Positions 18,020 to 20,000 of a stretch of 20,000 bases of DNA are shown one piece after another (the first letter of the stretch is position 1; each line of letters opens with the position of its first letter). Location of the stretch: IMG/VR virus record IMGVR_UViG_2585428069_000013; one strand, 5' to 3'. This DNA comes from an uncultured virus (IMG/VR IMGVR_UViG_2585428069_000013) (lineage: Duplodnaviria > Heunggongvirae > Uroviricota > Caudoviricetes). The notes under the pieces were generated by a model, which was given only the letters and a program-made list of their open reading frames with translations, had not been told where the DNA came from and ran no database searches. Made by a program: the position numbers and the translations under genes.

Positions 18020-18247
18020 GGATTTATTTGCCCTTCGCCAATGTTGGAAAGCCTTCGCAATGTGGTTGACCGTTCCTTACCCTCAGAACTTTTACAGAGC
18101 CACGAAAGAGCCAAAAACTAGAGCATCATTCTTGGGTTTCTACATGCAATCCAACGTAGTATTTTTTTCGCTACTTAGGCTAGTCAACTAGGGCTTCAAA
18201 GAATTTCTTCTCCAAGCTACCACTTCTTCAAGTGGGGGTTAGTTGAC
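18020..18247 (-). ncRNA. omegaRNA (HEARO-like) scaffold; the guide would come from flank 18248 to about 18265
   Basis: Starts GTCAACTAACCCCCAC... and pairs with ...AGTTGACTAGCCTAAG. Contains ACTACGTT and AACATTGGCGAAGGG motifs typical of iscB-upstream RNAs. 3' end approximate. Confidence 0.85.
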
Positions 18248-18326
18248 ATCTAATTCCACACACTTCACCTCCATTACACCATATTTTTTAAAATTTAAGC
18301 TTTAATTAATTCTTAAATACAATTAT

Positions 18327-18355
18327 ATTTTATCATACTTCAATTTTATTTACAA
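18327..18355 (-). promoter_or_regulatory. Sigma-A promoter of the pilin genes, now reading into omegaRNA-iscB
   Basis: TTGTAA-N17-TAAAAT with extended TG, about 70 bp upstream of the pilin GTG. Confidence 0.6.
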
Positions 18356-18481
18356 TAATTTTGTTGTTTAATTTATGTTTATTTAATTTACATATTAATC
18401 GTACTTATTACATACAACTAGTATAGTCATACCTTATAAACCTTTATACATAAGGGATTTCCTCTGTATACCCATATACCT

Positions 18482-19627
18482 TTATATTGTATTCTTGATA
18501 ATATCAAAGAATGGTAGCATGATAAGTAATATTAACAGAAGGATTAATGGAAATTGCAGTAATGTAAGCCTTATTCTTTTATTTCTATTTTTCTGCTTAT
18601 TCATTGTTTCTTCCATGGCTAAACGTAGATTTCTCTGTATTTTTAGAATCTGATTATTAGTAGCTTTATCAGAATTTAAGCACTGTTTTAAAATTGTAAT
18701 GAACTTGGTAAACTCAGAGTTATCTACTTCTGTTACAAGCTCATCTAAAGCTTTCACTGGACTTGAAGTATACATATTTAAACACTGCTGAAAATTAGAT
18801 CTTAATACTTTTGATTGAGCTTTCATCTGCTGAAGCAAGGAAACAACGTTTATATTCTCTTTATTCATCAGAAGTATTGTTACCGCCTCAATTTTCGCAA
18901 ATTCTTTTTCAATCTTGGCAATTCTAATTGACTTCCTAAAGCCGAATATTAAGTCTATTATCCCTGTAGATAGTAAAGCAAGTAACAATAAAATACCTAC
19001 ATTTGCTGGAGATATAATGGTCATGTTATAGGCTTGAAGTAGTGTTTGTAATACTTTACGAGCGGTTTCATCTTTATTGTCTTGAATGCTGAGTTCTTCC
19101 CTTGCATCCCCAATTATTGCAGCAAGCTCACCTACCTTATTTTTCTTAAAATAGGTTTTATAATTAGGTGCTTTCTCCAGTGTTTTTTGTAATAAGCTAT
19201 CATAGATAGAATTACTTCCTTTTACATCTGTATCTGTATTTCCCATTATTAAAGTAACTGCATTATTGTTATCTGATTGCTCTAATATCCCCTTTTCTCT
19301 TAAGGTATTCATATTTACATAAACACCAAAAATGAATATAAAGGATATTATAAAAAACACTACTTTTATAATTGCTACTTTTTCTAAGGATAGTCTTATT
19401 CCTGCTTTTAAAAGTTTTTTTCTTTCCTTTTCATATCTAACTGAATCCTTTTTAGGTGTCATCATTTTAATTAAAAATGATCCCTCAATCTTACTTATAA
19501 ATTCCTCTCTGCTATCCTTTTCGTACATGTATTTATTAATAGTATTCTTCAATCTTTGTCTAGGTAAGGGTATCAATGTTAGTAACAACAATGCCCCTAC
19601 TCCAGCCAATATATAAACTATAGTCAT
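18482..19627 (-). CDS. TadC-like (T2SS F-fold) pilus platform membrane protein
   Basis: N-terminal TM, RKKLLKAGI motif, further TMs, a cytoplasmic helical domain (KALDELVTEVDNSEFTKFITILKQ) and a C-terminal FPLILL...MLP TM, as in TadC. GGAGG spacing favours ATG 19627. Confidence 0.65.
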   Translation of the reverse strand: MTIVYILAGVGALLLLTLIPLPRQRLKNTINKYMYEKDSREEFISKIEGSFLIKMMTPKKDSVRYEKERKKLLKAGIRLSLEKVAIIKVVFFIISFIFIFGVYVNMNTLREKGILEQSDNNNAVTLIMGNTDTDVKGSNSIYDSLLQKTLEKAPNYKTYFKKNKVGELAAIIGDAREELSIQDNKDETARKVLQTLLQAYNMTIISPANVGILLLLALLSTGIIDLIFGFRKSIRIAKIEKEFAKIEAVTILLMNKENINVVSLLQQMKAQSKVLRSNFQQCLNMYTSSPVKALDELVTEVDNSEFTKFITILKQCLNSDKATNNQILKIQRNLRLAMEETMNKQKNRNKRIRLTLLQFPLILLLILLIMLPFFDIIKNTI

Positions 19628-19651
19628 ATCCACCCCTCCCCTTTATAAAGT

Positions 19652-20000
19652 GATAGTGTAAAGTTTTTTACACTATTTCTTTAATTTATTCTTTATATAT
19701 CAAGGGTTACAGAGTTTTTTGAATAAAAAAAACAATGCCCCCCTTTTTTCTGTTATAATTGAATCTTCGAACCTCCAAAATAACATCCAAAGGAAAGGAC
19801 ATTGTATGGATTCAATTATAACTTATTTACTTTTATATAACAAATACCTTTTGAAAGTAATTTCTCAATTACTTTTGTTTATTGCTAAACATATTCCCCT
19901 AAAGCAGTGGGCTTTTGAGGATTCACATAGTCCTGAATACCAAAAGTTTAAAGTGGATAAGCTACCTAAAATTTTCAATCCAGAACCTGTTGATTATCAA
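19652..20000 (+). mobile_element. Left part of a clostridial DDE-type insertion sequence
   Basis: ATAGTGTAAA-N4-TTTACACTAT inverted repeat at 19653-19676 as candidate end, TGTTATAAT -10 box, then the transposase start. Left boundary inferred. Confidence 0.6.
19806..20000 (+). CDS. DDE-type integrase/transposase, N-terminal fragment (runs off the window)
   Basis: AAGGAAAGGA RBS. MDSIITYLLLYNKYLLKVISQLLLFIAKHIPLKQWAFEDSHSPEYQKFKVDKLP resembles the N-terminus of clostridial DDE transposases. Not in the ORF track, and the catalytic domain is not visible. Confidence 0.7.
   Translation, partial: MDSIITYLLLYNKYLLKVISQLLLFIAKHIPLKQWAFEDSHSPEYQKFKVDKLPKIFNPEPVDYQ

Larger units (their letters stand above)
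16605..18247 (-). mobile_element. Non-autonomous IS200/IS605-superfamily IscB (OMEGA) element, 1643 bp
   Basis: Ends are defined exactly by the interrupted pilin. No target-site duplication, subterminal hairpins present, carries omegaRNA plus iscB, no Y1 transposase. Confidence 0.92.
16476..18259 (-). pseudogene. Second pilin paralogue, split by the IscB element (18248-18259 joined to 16476-16604) and missing 8 codons
   Basis: GGAGG RBS, then GTG GAA TTA GAT | element | TTA AAG AAA GCT... Rejoined it reads MELDLKKAFYMIIATAVTKPVYTKINAQTRRIQTVDFSTSGNVVAP (46 aa), near-identical to the intact copy apart from loss of IVLLGLIA. Confidence 0.92.

Noticed and set aside
18004..18114. 37-aa N-terminal extension of IscB in the ORF track
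   Set aside because: It is omegaRNA sequence. The RBS and PLMP-domain position support TTG 18003.
16605..18247. Possible self-splicing IStron (sense insertion after T, element ends in G)
   Set aside because: The non-coding part is accounted for by the omegaRNA and end hairpins, and I see no group I intron core. An RT-PCR for the spliced pilin would settle it.
9556..19616. ORFs 9556-9756, 9564-9749, 16529-16726, 16958-17176, 17618-17902 and 19332-19616
   Set aside because: Shadow frames within larger genes. 16529-16726 crosses the pilin/element junction and has no support.

Overview
AT-rich, Clostridium-like accessory region (plasmid, ICE or island) with defence genes on the left and a heavily disrupted Tad-like pilus locus on the right. 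Left to right: a type II CBASS operon (CD-NTase, then E2-E1 Cap2, then a further gene running off the left edge); a DUF3888-like pseudogene; two tandem promoter-plus-terminator cassettes that look like unannotated small RNAs; a five-gene operon (YdjM-like hydrolase, two small membrane proteins, NERD nuclease, SNase-fold protein with a degenerate active site); an orphan membrane protein; a DUF5986-like gene paired with an XRE-ImmA/IrrE gene (RosmerTA-like); and the Tad-like genes. The Tad-like locus has two tandem pilin paralogues and three independent insertions: a cargo-free Tn554-type tnpABC element, a non-autonomous IscB/omegaRNA element that precisely splits one pilin copy, and a DDE-type IS at the right edge. 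The most unusual signals are the IscB element (two nested ends with different target motifs, and a guide whose seed matches the surviving pilin paralogue), the apparently leaderless pilins, the extended CD-NTase tail and the tandem sRNA-like cassettes. Family calls come from motif recognition only; no database search was run.
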